Notes: generated by a model not told the origin, from the sequence alone. A stretch of DNA of 63,971 nucleotides, filler included, from Lama guanicoe (GCA_013239625.1; 199 parts of 199 records of this genome joined end to end with filler, not necessarily neighbours in it); one strand, 5' to 3'. Counted from the first letter of the whole stretch, positions 49,161 through 61,495 are shown. Program-made: numbers and translations.

Positions 49161-49904
49161 NNNNNNNNNNNNNNNNNNNNNNNNNNNNNNNNNNNNNNNN
49201 NNNNTTAATTAATTAANNNNNNNNNNNNNNNNNNNNNNNNNNNNNNNNNNNNNNNNNNNNCATAGTAATTATAACAACATCATCAAAGACCGCTCATTGA
49301 GAGGCTCGCCTGTGACGCGCTCTGTGCCAGTCACTCGATGTGCTTGGCCGCGTTTCATCCTCCCAACTGCCCTGTGAGGCCGGTACTGGTGGTGGTGGAG
49401 GTGGATGCTGTGCCCGCCACCAGGTCTCTCCTAGACTGAGACACGCGTCCCTCCAGCTCCTGGGAGTCTTACTGGCCAAGTTNNNNNNNNNNNNNNNNNN
49501 NNNNNNNNNNNNNNNNNNNNNNNNNNTTAATTAATTAANNNNNNNNNNNNNNNNNNNNNNNNNNNNNNNNNNNNNNNNNNNNCAGGCTAAAGGCAACATT
49601 GTTTTACAAAAGGTGCAGAGCTAGTAAGACTGAGCCTAGAAAACAGGGCACAGGGTTAAAGCCAAAAGAACAGATATTCTATGGAGTCACATTTTTTAAC
49701 TTTTCTATTATAGCGTATTCTATTTTTGTTTTAAGTTTATAGAATAAAATTTAGGCTTTTCCCATTTTAAATTGTGCAATTTTAAGGAGCATTAAGTGCA
49801 TTCANNNNNNNNNNNNNNNNNNNNNNNNNNNNNNNNNNNNNNNNNNNNTTAATTAATTAANNNNNNNNNNNNNNNNNNNNNNNNNNNNNNNNNNNNNNNN
49901 NNNN

Positions 49905-50121
49905 CAGCACCATTTTCATTCCAACCAGTAATACACAAAGTTTCCAATTTCTCAACCTCTTTGCCAACATATATTGATTTCTGGGTTTTGATAATAATTA
50001 TTAAAATTTATGTTAGTTAATTGACTTGAAGCAATATCTCATTGTGGCTTTTATTTGCATTTCCCTAAGTTAGTGATGTTGAGCATCGTTTCATGTGAAG
50101 ATATACAAATTGCCAAGAAGC
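49905..50121 (-). mobile_element. LINE-1 ORF2 C-terminal fragment with a short inverted segment (50097-50121)
   Basis: Antisense L1 up to GAGCATCGTTTCATGT, then sense-orientation GAAGATATACAAATTGCCAAGAAGC. Confidence 0.8.
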
Positions 50122-50870
50122 CATTTNNNNNNNNNNNNNNNNNNNNNNNNNNNNNNNNNNNNNNNNNNNNTTAATTAATTAANNNNNNNNNNNNNNNNNN
50201 NNNNNNNNNNNNNNNNNNNNNNNNNNGCCTGACTTTAGGTGTCCAGAGCGGGCAAGCTACAGAGGAGGAAGAGGAGGTGTGGTCGGAGACCAGAGACCTG
50301 GGAGTCCACATTGTCAGCGGAGCTGGGGGACACAGTGGTCGCTAGGGATCGGTAGTGCGGACTGTAGGGAGCACGGTTCAGCGGGAGGACAAGCTGTTGG
50401 GTTTGTTGACGTTCAGCTCTCCTAAAAACATAGTTTTAACCAAAATTCNNNNNNNNNNNNNNNNNNNNNNNNNNNNNNNNNNNNNNNNNNNNTTAATTAA
50501 TTAANNNNNNNNNNNNNNNNNNNNNNNNNNNNNNNNNNNNNNNNNNNNACCTGCAGACATGCTTGCACCATAGGAGAAGTACCTCCAAATTTGAATTGTG
50601 GAACTTATGTAGGACAGCCAATACATCTGCCCCTTCTTTCCTGTGGAGGGAAAGGAGAAGGACAAAAAGTGTTAGATGAAACAGAGAAAGAGAGAGAGAG
50701 AGAGAGTCATGGTTCTAGGATTTAAACAAATCCTCTTCAGTGAGAAAGCAAAGTTTATAGGTTCTGCAGGNNNNNNNNNNNNNNNNNNNNNNNNNNNNNN
50801 NNNNNNNNNNNNNNTTAATTAATTAANNNNNNNNNNNNNNNNNNNNNNNNNNNNNNNNNNNNNNNNNNNN

Positions 50871-51092
50871 GTGTGGCATTCCATTGTTTGGATATACCCT
50901 CCATTTACTTATCTATTTACCTGTTAATAAACATTTGGTTTGTTTCCACTTTTGAGGGGCTATTCTGAGTAATGCTGCTATGAACATTTGAGTACAAATC
51001 TTTTTGTAGACATATGTTTTCATTTCTCTTGAGTAAATACCTTAAAGTGTAATGATTAGGCCATGTAACAGGTGCATGCTTAACTTCTAATG
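50871..51092 (-). mobile_element. Old LINE-1 (L1M) fragment
   Basis: ATTCCATTGTTTGGATATACC...CATTTGGTTTGTTTCCACTTT...AATGCTGCTATGAACATT...TTTCATTTCTCTTGAGTAAATACCT. Confidence 0.85.
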
Positions 51093-51194
51093 NNNNNNNN
51101 NNNNNNNNNNNNNNNNNNNNNNNNNNNNNNNNNNNNTTAATTAATTAANNNNNNNNNNNNNNNNNNNNNNNNNNNNNNNNNNNNNNNNNNNNCC

Positions 51195-51413
51195 CCCGCA
51201 GACCCCGCCCCCGGGGCGCGCGCGCGGCGCCCGGCGGGACCCGGCGGCCGCTGGACGGTGCGGCTGCGCGGCGGGGCGTACGAGGCGCAGGGGCCCGGGG
51301 GCGCCGTCCCCCTGGAGCTGAAGGACCGGCCCGGCGGGGTGGGCGTGTACCTGGACTACGAGCTGGGCGCCGTCTCCTTCTACAGCGTGGACGACAGGTC
51401 TCACCTCCACTCC
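51195..51413 (+). CDS. B30.2/SPRY domain C-terminal fragment (butyrophilin/TRIM/ERMAP-like terminal exon), partial
   Basis: Open frame across the whole contig: ...GGRWTVRLRGGAYEAQGPGGAVPLELKDRPGGVGVYLDYELGAVSFYSVDDRSHLHS. It carries the B30.2 motif VGVxLDYExGxVSFY...SHxxxF and strong GC3 bias. Confidence 0.88.
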
Positions 51414-54400
51414 TNNNNNNNNNNNNNNNNNNNNNNNNNNNNNNNNNNNNNNNNNNNNTTAATTAATTAANNNNNNNNNNNNNNNNNNNNNNNNNNNNNN
51501 NNNNNNNNNNNNNNAGGAAGAGCCCGGGCAGCCGTGTGTCCAGGGCTTCAGATGCTGGGCTGCAGCCACAGAAGCCACTGGTTCAGGACACGCCCTGGGT
51601 GACTTCCGGACGGCACCTGGTTGTAGACACCTGTCCACCAAACTGAGAGAACTTCCTGTTACTGTGAACCACCAACATCATGCGGGTACACACAGACACA
51701 CACAGAGACACACACACACACAGACACACACGGAGANNNNNNNNNNNNNNNNNNNNNNNNNNNNNNNNNNNNNNNNNNNNTTAATTAATTAANNNNNNNN
51801 NNNNNNNNNNNNNNNNNNNNNNNNNNNNNNNNNNNNTCGCAAAGAAACACATCGTTACAACATGAACAATAACTGTATTAACAACAGTGGCATGGGATAG
51901 CTCTGCTGAAGCCTGCTGTCAGGAAAAGATTTGGTATAAACATCAATTTCATACAAGGTAATTCATGACTTAGCCTCAAATATTTTCTCCTTATCTCCTG
52001 CTGCTCCCTCATATATATCCCCATGTCAGTCCACAAATAGCAATTATAAAATTTTTTTNNNNNNNNNNNNNNNNNNNNNNNNNNNNNNNNNNNNNNNNNN
52101 NNTTAATTAATTAANNNNNNNNNNNNNNNNNNNNNNNNNNNNNNNNNNNNNNNNNNNNGAAAATGTGTTCTGGTATCCTGACTGTGGAGTGGCTTCTCCA
52201 ACAGAGAGCAGACCCTGGTTTCTAATAGGATCCCTTAGCTTGTCTTCCCTGAGTGTTTTCCCAGGCCGGGCTGTGAGGGAAAGTGGGGGTTGGGCTCTAA
52301 AGCCAAGTAGTAGCCTGTGCCTCTCCATGGGTAGTGGAGCTATTTAACCTACATCCCCCATCCTGGGAAAACCTGTTTCCNNNNNNNNNNNNNNNNNNNN
52401 NNNNNNNNNNNNNNNNNNNNNNNNTTAATTAATTAANNNNNNNNNNNNNNNNNNNNNNNNNNNNNNNNNNNNNNNNNNNNTCTTCTTTTGCATGATGAAG
52501 CTCAGTCTTGAATCCCCAAAGCATTCCAATGTACCTCAGCACATATATATGGAAATGGGAACCAGCAAAGGATCTGAGTCTCAGTAAAGGGTCTTCTGTG
52601 CCCCCAATGAGGAGGATTCTCAAGCCAGCCCCACATGGCCCCATGAGACACCAAGTTCTCAGGGAGTTGCCATGGTAATGGGCTCTCATACTAGGAAGAA
52701 ATNNNNNNNNNNNNNNNNNNNNNNNNNNNNNNNNNNNNNNNNNNNNTTAATTAATTAANNNNNNNNNNNNNNNNNNNNNNNNNNNNNNNNNNNNNNNNNN
52801 NNGCATGTGACTACCCGCTGTCTGTGTACTTCCAATCCTCTTTAAAAACACTTGTTTGTTTGTTGAGGGGAGCCGTAAACAGGGCCCTAGTCCTGAGGTT
52901 CTGCGACCTTCCTTGGGCAAGTCACGCCTCCCTGGGGTCATACTGTCCCACCTGGGCCCAGCTGTCTCTGAACCAACCCCTCCCACTGTCTAACATCCTA
53001 CTTTTCTTTAATTTATATTTTTTTNNNNNNNNNNNNNNNNNNNNNNNNNNNNNNNNNNNNNNNNNNNNTTAATTAATTAANNNNNNNNNNNNNNNNNNNN
53101 NNNNNNNNNNNNNNNNNNNNNNNNTGAGTACACTCTGCATTCCTCTCCAAGGCACTCGCCACACAATCTATGTAATTAATTCACCAGATATATATTTAAT
53201 GTTCCCCCACCCTCAGATTGTGAGGAGGCAGGAGAGAGACCGTCTCTGTTCTATTTACCTACCGTATATGAATGCCCTGCCTAGTGCCTGGCATGAAGTC
53301 AGTGCCCCAAAATGCGAGTGACCGCATTATGTGCCTCAAGGATCTCNNNNNNNNNNNNNNNNNNNNNNNNNNNNNNNNNNNNNNNNNNNNTTAATTAATT
53401 AANNNNNNNNNNNNNNNNNNNNNNNNNNNNNNNNNNNNNNNNNNNNTTCCTTGATAAAGCCCTCTTTAATCAATTCTCTTCCTCAGACAGAATTTACGGC
53501 TTGATATTCACTTACTCTCCATCAAGATTTTCACACACATACCCCATTGTTGCATATACATTTCAAACTTTTTTCTTTTGTAGATACTTCCCTAGAGTTT
53601 GTGTACTCATTGAAAGTGCAATCCAAGTTATCAATTATCTTGAACAGTACTTGGCATAATAGAGGATTNNNNNNNNNNNNNNNNNNNNNNNNNNNNNNNN
53701 NNNNNNNNNNNNTTAATTAATTAANNNNNNNNNNNNNNNNNNNNNNNNNNNNNNNNNNNNNNNNNNNNATACTTGGAGCTTGGCTAAGATTCTTGATATG
53801 GAAAAATTATTCATCCAGGTGGACCCAAAATGCAACCACAAGTGCCTTTATTTAAAAAAAAAAATGGTGGCAAAGGAAAGAGAAAAACAAAATAAAACAA
53901 AACTAAAAAACAGAAGCAGATAGGGCAAGGTGCCCATGGAGGCAGAGAATGGAGGGACGTGGTCAATCCAAAGTATGTCAGCAAGCATCANNNNNNNNNN
54001 NNNNNNNNNNNNNNNNNNNNNNNNNNNNNNNNNNTTAATTAATTAANNNNNNNNNNNNNNNNNNNNNNNNNNNNNNNNNNNNNNNNNNNNCCAATTAATA
54101 TGCATTTCTCCTGTTGGAATTCATACCATTTTTCTTAATTAATCCTGACCTTTCATCCTGCATTTTCTAAGTTTCTTAAGAAGCTAGAAATAAATAATTC
54201 AGTCCACATATTTCTGAAAAGAGACAAGCTGTTTTACTCTATCCTCAGAGAATAAATTAGATAGCTATTCATATTAAGCTCATGGAAAATTGGATAAACA
54301 AATGAAAAAACCNNNNNNNNNNNNNNNNNNNNNNNNNNNNNNNNNNNNNNNNNNNNTTAATTAATTAANNNNNNNNNNNNNNNNNNNNNNNNNNNNNNNN

Positions 54401-55212
54401 NNNNNNNNNNNNATTAGACAATAAAACAAGAGCAGTGATGGTGAAACTCCACGCAACTCTTTCTGAGCCCAAATTAACACGGGAGCCGCGAGCCTGGACC
54501 GTCTTCTTGCTGGAAGCGTCTATCTTAAGCAGCTCCACCCACTTCCTTTTCTGGCTTCTTTTAGACACAGCTGCCTTTCCTTTTTCTTTTTTCCTAGTCT
54601 CTCAGTATTTATTCAAATTTCAAGCTTGATACCTNNNNNNNNNNNNNNNNNNNNNNNNNNNNNNNNNNNNNNNNNNNNTTAATTAATTAANNNNNNNNNN
54701 NNNNNNNNNNNNNNNNNNNNNNNNNNNNNNNNNNTGGAGGCTTGACTGCTCTGGGAGGACGACGGGGCAGGAAAGAGGCACGATTGGAGCATTGCTGTAG
54801 GAGTGTGGCTGCACCAGCAGCCGAGTGCATGATCGAGTGTCCTGAAGAGGCGATGGTGAACCAGCAAGAGGTGTTGCTCTTGTCTCCTTCAGAAGCCACG
54901 AGGGCACCACCACGGCAGCAGCTGGAGCAGATGGCAGGGAACAAAGCTGGGGAGATNNNNNNNNNNNNNNNNNNNNNNNNNNNNNNNNNNNNNNNNNNNN
55001 TTAATTAATTAANNNNNNNNNNNNNNNNNNNNNNNNNNNNNNNNNNNNNNNNNNNNGTGCTCTTTTCTCAGTCTCTAAGGTTGTATCACTCCCATTTCTG
55101 GGGGATTGAGAAGTAGAGGGGGACACCTATGCTTAAGACTGGGGTAAAAGCTTTCATGGGATCCATCCATTGGGTATCCAGTCACCAAGCACTTTTCACT
55201 AACTCACTCTGG

Positions 55213-55265
55213 TGTTTGTTTTGTTTTGTTTTGTTTTGTTTTGTTTTGCTTTGTTTTGTTTTTTT
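55213..55265 (+). repeat. (GTTTT)n microsatellite
   Basis: TGTTTGTTTTGTTTTGTTTT... read directly. Confidence 0.9.
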
Positions 55266-56022
55266 AAGCCCTGGTGTGNNNNNNNNNNNNNNNNNNNNNN
55301 NNNNNNNNNNNNNNNNNNNNNNTTAATTAATTAANNNNNNNNNNNNNNNNNNNNNNNNNNNNNNNNNNNNNNNNNNNNTCCTGTGAACTTCACAGGACCA
55401 TCCATGCTCCCTTTGGTAAGACTCCAAACTCCAAATTTTCTCTCTGTGCTAGCTCTGAATTCCAGCTGAAAAGCCAGCGCCTGCCCATCCTCTGAGATCA
55501 CAGGCAAGTCTTTCTCTCCCAGGAACCCCTGACTGACCAGTCTCAGCCACATGACGGCTCCTGTCATGGGTATTACTGCTGTTATTTATTTATTCATGAA
55601 NNNNNNNNNNNNNNNNNNNNNNNNNNNNNNNNNNNNNNNNNNNNTTAATTAATTAANNNNNNNNNNNNNNNNNNNNNNNNNNNNNNNNNNNNNNNNNNNN
55701 CTAAAAAAGTGCCTATTCTTTGCTTTTAAGGTCAAAATAAATCGTGAATTTTGGAAGAAAGTTTGTATTTAGTTGAGATGTCTCCTCTTCTGTCCCATTT
55801 CATCTCTGAGTCCTGACATGCAGCTGATGCCCTGGTGGGAAATTAGTTGTAACCAAGCAGAGGAGACCAGGAGTGCCCTCAACAGCCTGGGGAGCAGCAT
55901 GATGTTCTATGTGTAACATATANNNNNNNNNNNNNNNNNNNNNNNNNNNNNNNNNNNNNNNNNNNNTTAATTAATTAANNNNNNNNNNNNNNNNNNNNNN
56001 NNNNNNNNNNNNNNNNNNNNNN

Positions 56023-56888
56023 AATGCACACAGCCCAGGGAGTCACATCATTGCAGCTAATCCAGGAATTTCACAGCAGATGTGGAGACCAGACCTTCTC
56101 TCAGGGTTGGGGATTTATTTGAGTTTCACTTCTGTGTTATTTTTACTTACCTATTGAACATAGTTTAGGTGATTATTTCATTTTCATTGTCGAATTCAAT
56201 CTTACAGATAAAGAGGTGGCATGGACAGGCCTCACTGATCCTCTNNNNNNNNNNNNNNNNNNNNNNNNNNNNNNNNNNNNNNNNNNNNTTAATTAATTAA
56301 NNNNNNNNNNNNNNNNNNNNNNNNNNNNNNNNNNNNNNNNNNNNCCACGTTAACCAAATCATGTCAATGCAAAGGATATTCTTTATCCACATATTGGGAT
56401 ATCTCTCAGGCTATATTTACCTCTTTCTCTCTCTCTTTATCCATTTCTGTATCACAGCCAAAATGAGGTCTTTTTTTTTGGTGTGTAATTGTACTTGAAA
56501 CAGCTTTACCTGGTATAACATCTATCCAATTGCCTTCACATCTTCTCTGAAAAAAGTATAGCATAANNNNNNNNNNNNNNNNNNNNNNNNNNNNNNNNNN
56601 NNNNNNNNNNTTAATTAATTAANNNNNNNNNNNNNNNNNNNNNNNNNNNNNNNNNNNNNNNNNNNNAATGCACACAGCCCAGGGAGTCACATCATTGCAG
56701 CTAATCCAGGAATTTTACAGCAGATGTGGAGACCAGACCTTCTCTCAGGGTTGGGGATTTATGTGAGTTTCACTTCTGTGTTATTTTTACTTACCTATTG
56801 AACATAGTTAAGGTGATTATTTCATTTTCATTGTCGAACTCAATCTTACAGATAAAGAGGTGGCATGGACAGGCCTCACTGATCCTCT
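56023..56888 (+). repeat. Near-identical contig pair 56023-56244 / 56667-56888 (bubble arms)
   Basis: 4 substitutions; first at contig position 50, last followed by 49 identical bases. Confidence 0.95.
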
Positions 56889-56988
56889 NNNNNNNNNNNN
56901 NNNNNNNNNNNNNNNNNNNNNNNNNNNNNNNNTTAATTAATTAANNNNNNNNNNNNNNNNNNNNNNNNNNNNNNNNNNNNNNNNNNNN

Positions 56989-57532
56989 GTTAAATTGCAT
57001 TAAATTGACAAGTGACATGGGTGTGTTGTAACCATCATGTTAGACTGAGAGCTGAAGTCTAACCTCACAGGTGCCCTTTCTGATGCACCCGCTCCAGAAA
57101 GTAGGTGGTGTTCCACCTACTTTCCGCCATGGTCACAGGATACAGTCACAAGAATGAATGTGGACGATCTGCATCCTTCCTTGAGTCACATGGTAAGATC
57201 TGTGAAATTGNNNNNNNNNNNNNNNNNNNNNNNNNNNNNNNNNNNNNNNNNNNNTTAATTAATTAANNNNNNNNNNNNNNNNNNNNNNNNNNNNNNNNNN
57301 NNNNNNNNNNGTTAAATTGCATTAAATTGACAAGTGACATGGGTGTGTTGTAACCATCACGTTAGACTGAGAGCTGAAGTCTAACCTCACAGGTGCCCTT
57401 TCTGATTCACCTGCTCCAGAAAGTAGGTGGTGTTCCACCTACTTTCTGCCATGGTCACAGGATACAGTCACAAGAATGAATGCGGACGATCTGCATCCTT
57501 CCTTGAGTCACATGGTAAGATCTGTGAAATTG
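56989..57532 (+). repeat. Near-identical contig pair 56989-57210 / 57311-57532 (bubble arms)
   Basis: 5 substitutions; 49 identical bases at both ends. Confidence 0.95.
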
Positions 57533-58276
57533 NNNNNNNNNNNNNNNNNNNNNNNNNNNNNNNNNNNNNNNNNNNNTTAATTAATTAANNNNNNNNNNNN
57601 NNNNNNNNNNNNNNNNNNNNNNNNNNNNNNNNGGCTTGCATCTCGAACAACAGGATAGAAGGAAACCACAAAGGGCCAAAAAGAAACTGCAGACATGTGC
57701 AGTTGGGATGAGTTAGGAATAACAAGGTGTTGGGGTCAAGAGAAGGGCACTGAGGTCAAAAGCAGAGCACTGAGCATGATCCCTGCACACAGCATCAGGA
57801 GGGGACTGGGCGGACCACCTAAACCTCCTTCCTCTTCAGCCTAACCCTGGACAGNNNNNNNNNNNNNNNNNNNNNNNNNNNNNNNNNNNNNNNNNNNNTT
57901 AATTAATTAANNNNNNNNNNNNNNNNNNNNNNNNNNNNNNNNNNNNNNNNNNNNAGAGTGAGTTTGTTTTCTAGGGCTTGTTCCTATCAGATCCCGATAA
58001 AATCTAGATTATGGGTAAGCAAACAAATGACACAAACATATAACGTCCCAACTTCAGGCCCTTCTACTCCAGTAGCGTTCTAACTTTGCAGGGTCTCACA
58101 AAGACTAAGTGTCATGGACTGAAATTAGTGTCTCTCCAAAATTTGTGTTGAAGCCCTAAACTTTGGTGTTTGAAAANNNNNNNNNNNNNNNNNNNNNNNN
58201 NNNNNNNNNNNNNNNNNNNNTTAATTAATTAANNNNNNNNNNNNNNNNNNNNNNNNNNNNNNNNNNNNNNNNNNNN

Positions 58277-58497
58277 ATGTTTAAGTCTTTAAGCCATTTT
58301 GAGTTTATTTTTGTGTATGGAGTGAAAGTGTATTCTAACTTCATTGATTTACATGCTGCTATCCAGTTTTTCCAACACCGTTTGCTGAAGAGCCTGTCTT
58401 TTCTTCATTATATATTCTTGCCTCCTTTGTCGAAGATTCATTGAGCGTAGGTGTGTGGGTTATTTCTGGGCTCTCTATTCTGTTCCATTGATCCATA
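58277..58497 (-). mobile_element. LINE-1 ORF2 fragment, young
   Basis: TCTTTAAGCCATTTTGAGTTTATTTTTGTGTATGG...CCAGTTTTTCCAACACC...GGGCTCTCTATTCTGTTCCATTGATCCATA. Confidence 0.93.
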
Positions 58498-59699
58498 NNN
58501 NNNNNNNNNNNNNNNNNNNNNNNNNNNNNNNNNNNNNNNNNTTAATTAATTAANNNNNNNNNNNNNNNNNNNNNNNNNNNNNNNNNNNNNNNNNNNNTAT
58601 GGCACTTTCACAAATACGTTTGTGGAAGAAAAACAATAAAGCTAGAACAATTATGGAACTTGTCTCCATCTCAGGGAGCTCAGGATTTTAACAGAAGAGC
58701 ACCAAGTGTAAACCTATGTCTATTTCTGCAGAAAATCCTCTGGAACATCACAGCTCTCTGCAAGGGGCAATTATTTTTGCCTTCGGGTTTTTTTCTGTAA
58801 CTCCCTGAACCTTTTCAGANNNNNNNNNNNNNNNNNNNNNNNNNNNNNNNNNNNNNNNNNNNNTTAATTAATTAANNNNNNNNNNNNNNNNNNNNNNNNN
58901 NNNNNNNNNNNNNNNNNNNAAGCTTTTTAAAAATAGAGATAAATCATATTCTTTACCTCCATAAGACTATCCTGTTATTTCTTTTTTTTTCTTTTTATTT
59001 TATTTCATTTATATTTATTTATTTTTGTCTTTTATACAGGTTTTAAAGGTTACTTCCCATTTACAGTTCTGACAAAATGTTGGCTCTATTCTCCGTGTTG
59101 TACAATACTTCCTTGAGTCTATCTTACACCCAGTGGTCTGTNNNNNNNNNNNNNNNNNNNNNNNNNNNNNNNNNNNNNNNNNNNNTTAATTAATTAANNN
59201 NNNNNNNNNNNNNNNNNNNNNNNNNNNNNNNNNNNNNNNNNGACTCGCTGACTGTGGCAGGAAAGGGGGGCTGGCATCCCTACCCTTGTGTCTGGCTGAC
59301 AAGAGCCTGCATATCAATTCCACCCCCTGCTTTAATAATAGACTTCACAATGTCCCCTCTCCTCATGCTTTACCCACGCTCTCCATCTTGAGTTCACTGC
59401 TTCAGAAGAGAAGACTATGTGTCTTTCCTCCATTCATCCTTCATCCTCTCCAAATCTCTTTCCNNNNNNNNNNNNNNNNNNNNNNNNNNNNNNNNNNNNN
59501 NNNNNNNTTAATTAATTAANNNNNNNNNNNNNNNNNNNNNNNNNNNNNNNNNNNNNNNNNNNNTTGTTCCCAATGTTACCTCCCTTGACAGCCTCGTCTG
59601 TAACATGAGGCTCCTTGGTTTGTCTAGAATTGGAGCTTGGCTTTTCCTTGTCTTCTTCCTCTAGGCGTCCCTCCCGCTCACCACGCCCTGCCACCTCCC

Positions 59700-59760
59700 A
59701 GGCCGCCCCGCCCCTCCCTTCCCAATGGCATCATGCAATTAGGTGGAGATTGGTCAGGTC
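59700..59760. promoter_or_regulatory. Promoter-like motif cluster
   Basis: Tandem GC boxes CCGCCCCGCCCC, CCAAT at 59722-59726, reverse CCAAT (ATTGG) at 59749-59753, and octamer-like ATGCAATT between them. Confidence 0.4.
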
Positions 59761-60529
59761 TCTGTGGTTGCTTTGTAGGCGGAGGNNNNNNNNNNNNNNN
59801 NNNNNNNNNNNNNNNNNNNNNNNNNNNNNTTAATTAATTAANNNNNNNNNNNNNNNNNNNNNNNNNNNNNNNNNNNNNNNNNNNNTGCCCTGCTGAAGCC
59901 AACCAAGTATAAAGAAATCACCTCCTCTGGAAGCACTGGCACTTTGTGATCGAGTTTATAAGAAAGGTACAAGTGGGCGCCCGGTGCCAGGAAGCCCGCA
60001 GGAACTAACTGCAGACAGTATTGGTGCAGATGCTCAGGTACTGAGTGGCTGGAGCAGCGGCTCAAAGAGGATGTGCTGACTGTAAGATGGTGCTTTGGGG
60101 AGAACTTNNNNNNNNNNNNNNNNNNNNNNNNNNNNNNNNNNNNNNNNNNNNTTAATTAATTAANNNNNNNNNNNNNNNNNNNNNNNNNNNNNNNNNNNNN
60201 NNNNNNNCTCAATCATAAAGGTCCAATGAATCTGTTTTGCCTAATCAATGGAGCTTGTCAGCTGGCCTGTTTGTGCTGGAAATGGGGTGGCGGCTCTGAG
60301 AACCTGTCCCCTCTGGAGGTGCCAGGGCATGGGGGTCAGAAATGTGAGGACCACGTGCCGGCAGGTGGACATGTGGTGCAGCAGAGGGAGTCCTGACCTG
60401 ACTCAGACCTGCCCGAACACTCCTGGCCTNNNNNNNNNNNNNNNNNNNNNNNNNNNNNNNNNNNNNNNNNNNNTTAATTAATTAANNNNNNNNNNNNNNN
60501 NNNNNNNNNNNNNNNNNNNNNNNNNNNNN

Positions 60530-61073
60530 CTCAACCATTTGTAGGACACCATTAAAACCCTTTAGTAGGGCCAATGAGATTCTTCATCTGCTGATTGCCA
60601 TCCTGTCAACATACAGAACCAAATTTGTTGCCATTCCTAAAAACTTACCTTCTCTAACATTTTCTTTTTCTTACATATTCCAGATTCTCATATCTTTACG
60701 TAAGTCTATGGATTCTGCTTGTCTTTGTTTCTCTACGCCATGATCACTTGGNNNNNNNNNNNNNNNNNNNNNNNNNNNNNNNNNNNNNNNNNNNNTTAAT
60801 TAATTAANNNNNNNNNNNNNNNNNNNNNNNNNNNNNNNNNNNNNNNNNNNNCTCAACCATTTGTAGGACACCATTAAAACCCTTTAGTAGGGCCAATGAG
60901 GTTCTTCATCTGCTGATTGCCATCCTGTCAACATACAGAACCAAATTTTTTGCCATTCCTAAAAACTTACCTTCTCTAATATTTTCTTTTTCTTACATAT
61001 TCCAGATTCTCATATCTTTACGTGAGTCTATGGATTCTGCTTGTCTTTGTTTCTCTACGCCATGATCACTTGG
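60530..61073 (+). repeat. Near-identical contig pair 60530-60751 / 60852-61073 (bubble arms)
   Basis: 4 substitutions; 49 identical bases at both ends. Confidence 0.95.
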
Positions 61074-61495
61074 NNNNNNNNNNNNNNNNNNNNNNNNNNN
61101 NNNNNNNNNNNNNNNNNTTAATTAATTAANNNNNNNNNNNNNNNNNNNNNNNNNNNNNNNNNNNNNNNNNNNNTGATCCCAATAACTGAAGCAATGGTCA
61201 ACAGGACCTGACAACCCAAGAATCCAGCAGCATGAGACTCACTAATGATCGTATTCTTACACAGAAAATTTGCCCCCAACCCACGCTTAAACAGATAAAA
61301 TGCATGTGCTGTAAACCTCACATAAATGTGAGAAGAGATGTAAATTGCACATAAATGCCACAAGAAACGTAAATATCAGTCATGTTAAACTTTAGNNNNN
61401 NNNNNNNNNNNNNNNNNNNNNNNNNNNNNNNNNNNNNNNTTAATTAATTAANNNNNNNNNNNNNNNNNNNNNNNNNNNNNNNNNNNNNNNNNNNN

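Noticed and set aside
10953..51414. tRNA-Leu plus a butyrophilin-like B30.2 exon suggesting an extended-MHC region
   Set aside because: Co-occurrence in a length-sorted pool of contigs carries no positional information.
55379..55397. Perfect inverted repeat TCCTGTGAA-C-TTCACAGGA
   Set aside because: Arms of 9 bp are plausible by chance in 44 kb, and there is no supporting context.
56989..57532. Adjacent near-identical contigs as a tandem duplication
   Set aside because: Fixed 49-bp identical ends indicate assembly bubble arms, and adjacency reflects contig ordering only.
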